The notes under the pieces: generated by a model
Told to the model about the DNA's origin: nothing
Databases searched by the model: none
Seen by the model: only the letters and a program-made list of their open reading frames with translations
Part shown: one piece after another, positions 24,755 through 37,400 of the stretch
Position numbering within the stretch: the first letter of the stretch is position 1
Layout of the letters: every line of letters begins with the position of its first letter
Made by a program: the position numbers and the translations under genes
Source: Phoronis australis
Taxonomy: Eukaryota > Animalia > Phoronida
DNA length: 64,000 nucleotides
Direction: 5' to 3'
NCBI GenBank assembly: GCA_002633005.1
Contig: NMRA01000193.1
Coordinates: 307,527 to 371,526, forward strand

Positions 24755-25526
24755 TTTTAAACAAAACTGGGTTATTATGTTCTCCTGTTGCGGAGACTTT
24801 TACACAAGGGAGATAAATGCGGCCTCACGAGTCGCAAGAAGTACAGTGGCCGGTTAAGTCCCAAATCGGCTGAGGGACTCTACTAATCTTTTGCGTATTT
24901 CTTTACTCACAGATTTAGGCCTAGTATTTTTGGGCGGCACGTCTCCTATAACTTTTCTATTGGAGTACCCCCCACCAATGGATTCAGGGAACTTAGTTGA
25001 GAACCTGTGGGACTCTCTGTTTCACATGTCGTGAACACATCCACTAAAACAAGAAACTGTAGGAACACCGCATTTATCCACCTTCACTCTCATCAGGCTT
25101 CTATTGTGAGTCAGCATGCGTGAATAATTGGCTGATAAGCCACCTCTGGAACTATAGTCCGATTACCTCTCGTCGTCAGTCTCCAAAGGTCGTCCGCCAT
25201 CTTGTTTCGCGTGCAGCGCTGCCACGCGGGACTTAGCGTTCCAATTTGGAACGCTCGTCTGCACGTTAGGTACTAACCTCTCGGGAGAAACACGCGTGGA
25301 AGAACTGAGACTAAAATTAATGCATTTACCGACTGTTTTTTTGAGACCACTTAAAAACTTGTTGATTTTACTAATGCACTTTTTTGTTCATTTTCAGAAG
25401 ATATTTTCGAAATTAAATTTTCTTCAGACGGAACAAAAAGCAACCCAGGGATTGTTTATGCAATGTATCTATTTGTCCCAGGCACTAACCGACATCTGTT
25501 AGGCCANGCATGCAATGGGGCACTGC

Positions 25527-25768
25527 GGGGCCCGTTCTAAGAAACTGACTTGAGTTGATTTTATACTTAAGCCTAAGATTTGTCTCAACTCCAAACCTTG
25601 AAACTTCTACATCTCCGGTAAGATAGTCAAAATTAAGACACAAAAAACTAACATCTAACTTAATTTCTCTTTCTTGAAACGGACTAGAGAGAAATTTAAG
25701 TTCCATCCTAAAACTGACTGAAATTCAAGATTTGTCTTAGCTAAGTTATTTTTCTTGGAAAGGGTCCC
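25527..25768. mobile_element. Harbinger-like MITE (copy 2 of the 14475 family)
   Basis: Shares the internal sequence aagatagtcaaaattaagaca...tcttagctaagt and GGGGCCC/GGGTCCC ends. Confidence 0.7.
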
Positions 25769-28199
25769 TATGCCGTGGACCGCCGGGTGAAACCGTAAAA
25801 CTCAGTGGTGTAAGGACTAATCGGCTTTTGTAGCCACGGCTGGTCGTGAAACAGTTTATTTGGGCCAGGTTTTGGACCGGATACACCTTGAAAGGGCCGG
25901 GTGCGGTTCTGGGGTCCCCAGCTGCGGGTATACTGCCTTAGGGACTTTTTCAAGATTCCGTGTTGGTGGTTATTGAACCCCGCTGTCAAATGATATGGAA
26001 GTGCTCGAATTTCATCCAGCTATCTCTAGAGGGTTATTTCAGATTGGCGGATATGATCTAGCCGGATTAGTGTATTTTTGTTGCTTGGGCGGACGGATGT
26101 TCGATTTTTTTTCGAATTTCAACCTCAATCTGAAGCATCAATTTAAGATTAAAAAATATTAAAAAATCGTCTATGAATTCATCGATTTTCTTCGATTGAA
26201 CATGTAATCAGAACCCGATGAACCATTGCCGTCAAGAAAGGAACCTTGGCATGCTGTGTCGTCACATGGCAACACAAACATACAGCGCGCATTGCGAGTT
26301 AACTCTAAGTGCAAGACATTTGTTCAAACCCGCAATTCAAGGTATGAAGATGCGTGCAAATACTTGAGTGGCAACTGCGAGGCATGAGAGGCAAAGAATA
26401 CACACGAGGTTCTTCCCCCGGTAAGAATTTTGCGATTGCGCTATTTAAATTGGTCCGTGGACCGTCATGCCGCGATTTTTGTTTTCATTTTTATCCGAAA
26501 ATTGCTTATATTTGATTCAAGTGATTGATAACCTAAAACGGCCTAACTGAATATTCTGCATGCGTTACGAAGTGGCAAAAACACCACAACGGCTCAGTGA
26601 AGATCATATAACTTCATTATCTCAAACGGTTAGCGTGGCTAAGGACACACAGCTAATTACCTGCCGATCAACCATTGGCGGCTTAACAAACTGGGTAACA
26701 GCAAATCGCTTAAAAACAACACATTGTTCAATCGCCATATACGCTGAGGAAAATTCAAAAATGTCTAATTTAAGACTAACCGACTTTAGACCTAAAACAT
26801 GAATCTGCAGTAGTTCATTTCAGCGGTAGCTTGAGTTGAACTTGCACTCCAAGAATGGCTGGTGAAATCTTTGTCTACGGTTGCCAACACAGTTTGAGCA
26901 CCACAGTTTACCCCCAACAACCTGATAGACATTGTGCGAGGTTCCTACAAGCAATTCCCTCATCAACAATTCTTTCCTTTTAAAATAATGATCCTCAAAA
27001 AAAAACACAATTCTTGCATTTCTTTGGCAAAAAGGATTGATATCTTTACCGTAATAAAACCGCCGGAAATATCTTGCGTTTTTCATAAAGTTTCCATCAA
27101 AGACGAAACGATACGCGATCTTCAGTTTGCTTCCATTCTTTCGATGGCAATAAATAGTGCTATTTTTTCTTTTTTTAAATATAATTTCTAGTTGTTTGGG
27201 GCACATGTACAAATGATATTGCACTTCGCATGACCTGTCCTGTGGTTTTCTCAACGACCAATTTAAATTTTTTTCGCCTTACATTCGACAGCCGGATTTT
27301 ATTCGTTGATTGGGATTGAATTGCCCAAGGCCGCACCTCTAAAAGAGGAGTCCGTCTGAAAGCTGTGATTTTAATGGGAAAACATGGGAAAGGTGGGCAA
27401 TTAATTCCATCATCGGATGTTCTCCAAGAAGTGACCTTTAGAATACATAAACAGGAAAAGAGAGACAAACGATTCTATCATTGGACCCTCTCCGCTCGTG
27501 ATCGGTCTCTCATGGAGAAAGCATCAAGAGAAACCGGACAAGGGTGGCCGTGGATGCCATCCAAGGGCTGCGACCCCGAATATGGAATATATCACAATTT
27601 CGAAATAATATTGAAAAAAGAAGAGCTACAGATAACGCCATTATCCCTTGCCAGAGAAGGTCCCTGTAGAAACAGTGTTGCATTGACGTATAACTTGTCT
27701 TCATGAATTGAGATATATGAATCAATTTGCTCAGGAGAATCTGTGTATATCAAGTTTTCTAAATAATTTCCAAGTATGCATGACTAAGATCACGTTATAC
27801 AGTGCATTACGAGAATTTCTGATGCATAAAGTATTCTCCTGACGAGGGCCCAAGGCACCCAGAGGATAAATACAGCACGTGCCGCCGCACTTCCTGCGCC
27901 CTTGACATTACCATTTCCATTATTTGCTAACAGCACCCCAATATGCTGCATTTTAGTATGTATCACAATACGAATAGTTGCCATTTATCCAGAGCGACTG
28001 GTCTTTTTTCCACTACTTTCTGCTCGACATGAATGCCAACAGGAGAAATTTTCAGACGTCATTTTCCCCGGGGAATGCATTTAGGTGGTGGAATCGACAT
28101 GAACAGTACCACCGTGTGAACAGGGCCAGTGCACAATCGACAGTCATAAATGATCTAAGACATTTTACTTTTGCACTGCTTCTCAAAGTTTTCTGATCC

Positions 28200-30488
28200 A
28201 CTTTCACACAAACAAAACAGACAAAATGACATTCTGTTGAATAGATGTATTAAGTATCTCTTCTCCATTTATATACAATAGAAATTTTAAGAAAATTTAC
28301 ATCACGATAACATCAAAATAGTCGGCCAGGCAGAAATAAAAACAAGACTCTATACTATACAACAATATAAATATTGCAATGACATTTCCGCTGAACACCC
28401 GGACGTCAACAGCACAATTTCCGGCCAAAATGTACACGACACCTCCACTGGGATAACACCCACTACTGGACAACATAAGTGACTGGGGTTAGGTCCTTTC
28501 ATTTCCACTGTTAACACTCACAGAAGTGTAGTTATACGACAGAAAAGATAATGAAGCGATTTTTGTCATAAGTGTTTGGTTCAGCTAGGACTATCGGTTA
28601 AGTTGAGGCAAATATCTAATGTTGATGATCACTAATCCCTTCTGTCTAACCAAATGCGTACCTACTAAAAAATCGCTCTTAAACCCCTTATTTAATTACT
28701 TTCAGACAAGATCATTTTGCAATAGACCATCTTCCAAGGTCTGGAAAGATGGGGAAAATTTGGCACATCAGAATATAGTAAAGTTGCAAAGGCAAAAAAA
28801 ATCCCAATTGTTTCTAGTCTCTACCTACTCATTTCGAAGCCTATGCTCAAACATTCAAGAAATAAAAAAGCAGCCGCCCACATCAATTTCACTTAAGGTC
28901 TGGTGTTTTTCTTGACAAGCTGCATGGAAGGTTTGGAACACCATGATATGCCAAACGAAGAGTAAAACAAAACAAATCCTGCATCATTCTTGCTCCTCTC
29001 AGGTGGATTTCCCTTTTTTGAAAAAGTGAGCAAATAAACATACAACACCACCACAACTGGATTTTCAAAAAAAGAGACCAGAACCAACTATGCTTACTTG
29101 GCCAAAAGCGACACATTTTTTTCCATCACCATGGCAATAAACCCATTGTGACCAGACAGAAGTGACTAAAGATCTTCATTAACATTAAGTGTCCTCTGGT
29201 TTACACACAAATATGTAGTTTGATGAACATGGTCACTTTGCGATGCTTTTCACGTTTGCATTTCAACAAAAAAAGAATAAACTAGCTGATGTTTTGGCAA
29301 ACTGAAAACAGCACTGAGATCATCTTAGAGAATATGTCTCAAAATTAACAAATCAACTTGTACAAGTGGAGGCCTGTCTTAGAAAAAATCATCACATTGC
29401 ATTGATATAGGTCAGTGCATGAGTATTCATTTCCATATTTCACTTTAAAACGCCGAAAACATAACTAAGAAGAGTAATGAGCACCACCAGAAGATTATTA
29501 AGCTTCTTAAAAATATTTTTGTGAACAAAAGTAAACCATGGAAATGAATACATATATCCTAGTGTTGCTAGAGACATAATCAACTAGTCTAAAATTTCTG
29601 ACAAATACACTACCCTTTACAGGGACTCCATGAAGCGGACTGCCGACTTAAACACCTTTTAATGAATAGGCGGGGATTAAGCCAAGCTTTCCAAGACATA
29701 TTTTAAATTAATGCTTAAATCCCACCTACACACCAATGTCTGCAGTCTCAGCTAAAAAGCTTTGCTCTTTCACATTTTACAAAGCTAGCTATGTCAAACA
29801 TGGACAAACAAACCCCCAGAGTAACCCGGAGTAACCACCGAGTAACCGGAACAACTGTAAAACTCCATCAGGCTGAAGAAGTGAGCATCTCATGACCAGA
29901 CTCATAAATACTCAAGATTTGAAAGTCTAAATTCTCTGGCTGGATTTTATAAACACAATGGCCAGACAACACACCCTATGGGTATACCCAGACCACTGCA
30001 TCCTATAACATGTACAGTACAGAAACCAATGAAGTCTGAAACTGCTGTAACTCACAGCAGTGGTCAGTGTTGAAAAAAGTTGTGTTGGGCAGAAGTTTCC
30101 ACAGTTACATCATAGAAAAAATTGATTGCAGCCACCATAACTTCAGCCACTAATATTGTTGATCAATGCATGAATTTTATCTTAGACAAGTGACAGCACA
30201 GTTTTCTGAAGAGCTCCCACCATCAAACTGCTGGGAATGTTGTTCAAACACCACTAACGTCTATTTACAATACTCGCGCTAAGTCCCACATAGTTTAGCA
30301 TATGGCAGTTGTGCTCAGACACACTTATACAATAATTTAGAGAGAGATCACAATAACAGTACTTACAGATAGAATGATTGTTTCTTAAAACACATGTCTC
30401 TCTGATAACAAAACAACAAAACCATTCTCCTCCAATGATTGACTGGTTCATAACAATATATTGCTCGTGCCACTTCTCAAGGCAAGTA
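28200..30488 (-). other. Probable long 3' UTR and 3'-end signals of the AUTS2-like gene
   Basis: No obvious TEs; U-rich on the minus strand; UGUAUAUA plus UAUAAA near 28268-28277, followed by a GU-rich element (28201-28230). Confidence 0.55.
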
Positions 30489-31443
30489 CTATCTCGAGTG
30501 TGTTTCATGTTCTGTTAAGCCATTCGCTCGACTACTGTCGTGTGGACTTGACGTCGACTTTGACTTTGGCGAGGAGCCTGTCCGACTTGCGGATGGTATC
30601 AATGGAGGCGGGACACCGACAGCACTAGATGGCGGACTCCTGGTACTAGCCAAGTGATTCACAGCTGGACTCGCTGCTCGGGGGGGCAACATTCCAAACT
30701 GTCCAAAGTAATCCGGCGGCCGCATGAGTGAATTCTTGCTGCGTTCTAACTCTAGCCGCTCTGCATGGTACGGGTGCATGAGCCGCTCAAACTCCCGTGT
30801 TTGATGCTCCCGAGCCAGCAGCATCTCCCGCTCCCGCAGGCGTTCCTGGTCAATGATGGGCGCCAGAGGGTTGGTATACCTCTGGTGCATTAGTCTCTCA
30901 CGTTCCAGCAGCTCCCGCTGTGACATCATTCGCTGAGCGTTAAGGGTGTCCATCATGCTACGCTCGAATGGCGACCAGAGTGAAGCATGTGGAGGTGGTG
31001 GCCCCGCCCTCTCTGTCAGCCCACCATAGTGGCCTAGTTGCAACATACGGTTACGTTCGTACGCCCCCAATGACACGCCCAGTGCATGGGGGTTCAGTCC
31101 AGTGGGTAGAGCCTGTGTGCCTGCCGATGAGGATGATGGTGGCAGTTCAGGTTTTTCCTTGTCATGACTCACAAACACAATTTCATCGTCCTTACGTTCC
31201 TCCTTCACCTTTCTCTCCAGTTTAACCTCTGAACTGTTGAAGGCACTGCTTCCATTACCAGAGTCTCGTGTGTCTGCGTGTTCCCCGTTTCTCAACGGTG
31301 ACCCAGAACGAAGAGGTGATCTAGACCGTGACCTATGTGTATCCTTACGAGAACGTTCGCGGTCGCGCCCACGCTCCTGGTCCGAACCATCGCGTCTGCT
31401 CCTGTCGGGTGATGATCTACTTGACAATCGGCCTTCCCTTTCC
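30489..31443 (-). CDS. AUTS2: AUTS2-like terminal coding exon
   Basis: RS/RE-rich C-terminus ending HETHSR*; tttcag acceptor. Confidence 0.92.
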
Positions 31444-34400
31444 CTGAAAGAAATAGACACAGTACTGGCTACTCAACAGAGAACTAGTATTTCAATAAAA
31501 TTCCTCACTTCATATAAGGCCACATAAGTATAGTTGGTTTTGGTCTGCCAATTTCAGTCAAGCTACACAAGGTAAAGCAAGGGTAAGCAATAACTTACCA
31601 TTCAATGAAAAAAAAAAAAACAATTCCGCATCAATATTGTTAGTCTCAGGCGGATTTTCTTTTTTTGAAAAAGTGAACATTCGTCAAGTAAAAAAATACT
31701 GCATCACTCCATTTTCAAAAAAAGGGTAGAACCAACTAGGCTTTTTTGGCCATACAGACTCATTTTAAAAGTATCATTAAAAGACTGGGTCATAACTTCT
31801 GTGATTTCACTACTTTACACGGGGAATCGTTGGAAATTTTACATGGAGTAAATACAGGCCTTACTGAGTGTACACAAGCATACTGGTGCACTCACTTCAT
31901 CTCTCTGTGCTTCTCTCGATCTTTTTCTCTTTCAGCTGCCAACTCTTTATGTCGTTCCCTCTCTTTTTCTATCTCCCTGCAAAGTTATCAGAAGCGCATA
32001 TATACATGGTGTGCTTCAATCAACAGAGGGCACTTCCACAGGTACAATGGGCACAACAGGACATTCCTCTACATTTTTGGAAAATGTGTACCTTGCCAAA
32101 CGAGAGGACATTCAAGTTTTCCATGGCACACCAAAATCTCTTTTTGACAGTTTTGTGGTCAGGCTTTCAAAGGCCTAGACTGAAAATACCAAATATTTTA
32201 TGTAAAACAGAATACTGAAATGAAATTTGTTATTCTTGAAAAAAAAATCGACCAGAAAGTTAAACTCTGGTTTTACTATTTTGTGAAAATGTACTGTTAT
32301 GTGACAACCAACTTTCGGTTATTACATTAATTTTGTGAATCTACATGATAAACAATTTGACAAGCGGATGTTTTCACAGGTTGAAAATTTGTATTAAAAA
32401 TGAATGTGTGACACCAGGAACCTGTGGAAAACAGTTATCTTGATTGCATTACGTAGACGCAACTCACGAAAATACAAGATCATGCAAGTCTTCAAAAAAT
32501 ATCGGCATGCATTACAAATGGAACATGTGACCACTCTGGCTTTTGTTGCGACCCAACCCTGAACTATTTAACTGGCAGTTTTATTAGAGCTGCATTTCCA
32601 AGTGTCAAGAAAATTTTGAAACCTTCAGGGTAAGCTGCACATACAATGTTTTATATTTTAAAATTACAGAATCATAAGTTGAGGCAGGTATTTCGAGATT
32701 TCAGGCGAAAAAACACACGGTGAATGGTTTTGATTGAAATACATACCCCTGCCTGCCCTGGTACATACTTTGTCTCAAGTCAGACATTTCAAACTCAGAT
32801 CCCAGACCAGAAAAGTTTTGAATTTGAGTCAATGAAACATTGACATTGGTCAGTTTAGAAGCCATTGCATCAACTGCAGTTGAACATGTATGAAATGAAC
32901 AGAATTTTTTAAAAGTAACAGAAAAAAGCATCTGATAATGTAGTTAAATTGTTGCTACCTATCAGTTCATGATTCACTAGGTTGAGAACAGGCAGGACCC
33001 CAAGTCACTGATAGCAATGTTTGGCAGTGAATGGGTAAGTCACCAAAAGGGTTCCTTGGCAAAGAAAGAGTTAACATAGGACTTCAATGAGAAATGAAAA
33101 GAACAGAAAGCTAGGAAAAAAACAAACTCTGACCAAAGCTCGCAAAGAACAATTTGATGGCTGTGGTGAAAACATCTTTTCAACTTTTCTGTTCCTGCTG
33201 TTAATGCCTTGTCATCGTTTAACTTGCATGCTGTTACAAATTCCAGGTTATTCAACTGAGTCAATCAGTTGGCTAACCATACCTTTCCCTGTCAAGCTGC
33301 TCCCTTCGGTCCTTTTCTAGGAGTGCCCCCATCTCCCTTTCCTCAGCCAGCTTGGCCAAGGGGTGTTTGAAAGAGCCTGGGGCACGGTGGAGCCTGCTCC
33401 ACTCGTGTGCTGACCCCAGGCCGGGGAGGTCACGGCCACCGAACAGACTGCTGCCTGTAAAGAGAGTGGGACTAAAATCAAACCTCTCCTTGCCAAAAGT
33501 TTAGTAATACTCTAGAGCACATTTTGCAGTCATCTGGCTACTTTGATTCAATATCTTCCAATGTCTCCTTATATTCTCTGCTGCATTTATCATCAGATAA
33601 TGAGCCTGTACCAACACTACAGAATTTGATTGTAAGACAGATGTTACCATCTCACTCAAACACTTTTTGCATATACCCAAACAGTGAAGCTGCACTGAAG
33701 CCAAGCATCAAAACTGCCAGTTTCAAATAAATGCCAATGCATTCACTTTCTAATAATTTCATTTTCCTTTTTATTTTGTACTCAGTCAAAAAGCAGGCTG
33801 TGGTACCTAATCCAGGCATTCCCGCGAGTCCATTTCCTAATCCACTGTAGGGTGATGGTCGGGCGAATGGAGCCAAATGACTAGAGGTGAGGAGTGAGCT
33901 GGGAAGGTTGGGCACATCAAAAGGACTACGGTTGTGTCGCACTGGAAAGGAAAAACCAAACTTAATACCTGTTACACAAGTTTAACAATAAGGTTAACAC
34001 AGCAGAAAATGTATCAGGGTTTGGATGGAGTTACACAGTTGAATAAAAGTACATTACTAATATCCCATACTGGCATATTCACATGGACAATATCAGGATA
34101 TCAATGGGAAAAATTCGGTTGGATTCTTGCGCTTTTACGAGACTTCTTGGAATAATACAGAGCTTAGTGCATAACCTAAGATCAATAACAAAGGCAAAAC
34201 TATACAACCAAATGAGAAAAATAATGTCTACGTTGAGAATCAACTAAATAGTCTTAATTAAAAAATTATCCTCTCTGTTTAGCAACTCTGCTTTCACGCA
34301 GCAACTTGACAACCTACCACCAGGTGCCAGCAGCGTGGGTGTGGCTCCATCTGGTGGCCGTGGTATATTGCCCGGGTGCAGGTGAGTGGGAGGTCGGAGG

Positions 34401-37400
34401 GGTTCTGCTGGTGATTTGGCCTCAATACCTTTCGGTTCAACATGCTGTTTCTGCTGATGATTGTATATTTCATAGGCAACCCGCACGTGGGCGATGCACC
34501 ACTTGCCAGACTTCTAGTGGAGAGAAAGAAGCGATGACTACTTGACATGGACGGACAAGTGTGGACTTGTTCAACATGCATGAACTACCAAGCTGGATAA
34601 CAACATAATGTTACTACACAGCTGAACAGTACTTTCTACACTACTCAGCAATTGCTATCATATTGCATGGGCAGCACATCATGGGGGGCTGGATGAATTA
34701 CAGCCACCCACTTTTTTCAGTGCTGTGCTACCCATGGTCTGTGGGCGGTTCACCACAGGGGGGGCTGGGCTATATCCCCACTTTTTTCAGTCCTGCGCCG
34801 CCCATGTTCTGGTAAGCAATGAATACATTAATGTTGCTATCAATTGTACTATTTACATTAATTATATGGCCACAATATAAAAATCTGAAAGCATTACATT
34901 TTTAAGTCGTTTTGAATACTTAACGTAGCAATAAGTGGGTGCATGCACTATGCAAAGGTTTACCCCCGGTGTTCCTGGCGGCTTGGCTGGGCCACTAACT
35001 TTGTGAGGTAGACTAGAGGTGGCCATGGCCTTTTCACGCTCCTGCAGGGATATCAGGAATTGGTTGTGTTGTTGGCCGAGCCCCTGTGAACCCAGCTGAA
35101 AACAGACAACAGGTGGCAGCAAGGTCAATGTTTGCTTTGGCAACTGGTTGTTGAATGTAAGATTTTAGATAGTACTGAATGGATATACTGCATTAAAATG
35201 AAATTAAGTTACTTACAAAGCGACGTTTTTAGCTGCAGCTGGACAAAGTGTGAGTTTACTACTTTCAACAGTGGAGACTGTTACAGCTGAAAGAACTGGT
35301 CGAATCATTGTTTCCCTGTGCAAAAATATTGATTCTGGTTCATCTGAACAGGCCAGGGATTCACTTTTGTTAAGTTGTATGATAAAAATTTATCCGAAAG
35401 AGATGTTCACTCACTTTTGGCTGGAAGGCTCCGTGTAAACCCGAGCCCAGAGCTGCGGGTGGCCCTGCTGTGGGATGCAGGACAGGGGGTAGACCAGGGT
35501 ACGTCTGTAGGGGGCTGGGGAACTGAAATGAACAAGGCATTGGTCATAAACCCATCATGGCAAGAGGTTTCTACACACAGGCAAACGAATCATTCAGTGA
35601 AAAAGAATAAGACTATAAATCCAGTGAAACATATAGCTCTATGTGTATGTGCGTGTGTGCGTGCACGTGCATGTACACAATGCTTTAGCTAGAACTAAAT
35701 GTTAACAAAAACAGCAGAAATAGCTATTTTTAAGTGAACAGTATCCTTGGCAGCACATAATCAAATTCAAGGACTTGATTGTGCACTAAGACCAAAGATG
35801 GAAGTGTCCTCTTTTTATCATCTGAATCAATCGAGAACAGGTCACCATTCACCACCATGGACAGAGAACAGGACACCATTCAACAGCATGAACAGAGAAC
35901 AGGACACCATCCACCAGCGTGGACAGAGAACAGGACACCATTCACCAGCATGGACAGAGAACAGGTCACCATTCACCAGCATGGATAGAGAACAGGACAC
36001 CATTAACCAGAATGGACAGAGAACAGAACACCATACACCAGCATGGACAGAGAACAGGTCACCATTCACCAGCATGGACAGAGAACAGGACACCATTCAC
36101 CAGCACGGACAGAGAACATGTCACCATTCACCAGCATAGGCAGAGAACAGGACAACATTCACCAGCATGGACAGAGAACAGGTCACCATTCACCAGCATG
36201 GACAGAGAACAGGACACCATTCAACAGCATGAACAGAGAACAGGACACCATTAACCAGCATGAACAGAGAACAGGACACCATTCACCAGCATGGACAGAG
36301 AACAGGACACCATACACCAGCATAGGCAGAGAACAGGACACCATTCACCAGCACGGACAGAGAACAGGACATCATTCACCAGCCCGGAGGCATTCACGGG
36401 GTAAGTCACAAACTAGCTGAATGTAAGCATTTTTAAGGGCAGCGCAGTTGTTTAAAGTAATAGGATAGTACCTCTGCTACAAAGGATTGAATTTCATAAA
36501 TGTTTTTTTAGTATCAATAGTACAATTGTAAAATATTTTCAAAATCCTTGATGATGACAAAATCTCATTATGTGCACAAAAGCATGTCCAGATGAGATCC
36601 TTTTAACCAGAGAGCTCAAGTGTCAAAAATCAAGACTTTTGTTTTTGAAGGAATGTTAATGTCTACATTTTTGATAGTGGAGTTCTCGGGTTAAAAGGCC
36701 CTAACCCAGAAACCCTTTTTGTAACTAGTAAAAGAGAAAAACAGAATTTGCAAGGTTCCTGTTATAAAACTCGTGTTTATGGAAATTATGGTGATTTTCA
36801 TGAAAAATCACATTTTTTTAGAAAAAATATAATCCCAATTACAAGCACAGGGCTTGACACTTAGCATGTCATCTCGCCAAATCCGACCTGGCAAAATTCC
36901 CTGGTCACCAAACAGGAAACAAAATCACCCGAACACGGGAACTGTGTATATGCAGGTGTAGAAATGTAGGCTCACATGGCCCATAGGTGGCAGCAGGGAG
37001 CATGAAAAATCAGGGTACCATGAACTGAAGAACCAGCATACTGGGGAAATGTTCCTGTAACACTGAATTTCTTATTTTTAGTTGAACAGACAATTGTGGG
37101 ATTGGAAATGTCCAATTACCCTCCGAAACCCAATATTCCATGCAGACCCACCTCCTACCTAAGGGACCAGCAGGCGATCATTCTCAACCCATTCTGGTTT
37201 TTGCCGAACAATTCCAAAACTGTCAGTAAACTTCCCGTAGTATCTTGGGCATGTGTTCGGATGTGTGCGTGGTGACTTGAGATTTTTATCAGGTTGCCAA
37301 ACAAAATTTGAGGTCACATTGGTAACCTGTAGGTTACCAAATCAAATTCTGAATTATCTGGGCATTATTTTTGTGCTCTTAAAACAATTCTGTGATCATT

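Noticed and set aside
30968-32218. Plus-strand ORFs overlapping AUTS2 exons
   Set aside because: Antisense shadows of the minus-strand coding exons.
35747-36420. Several 70-130-aa ORFs with repeated WTENR/DREQD motifs
   Set aside because: Translation artefacts of the 31-bp minisatellite.
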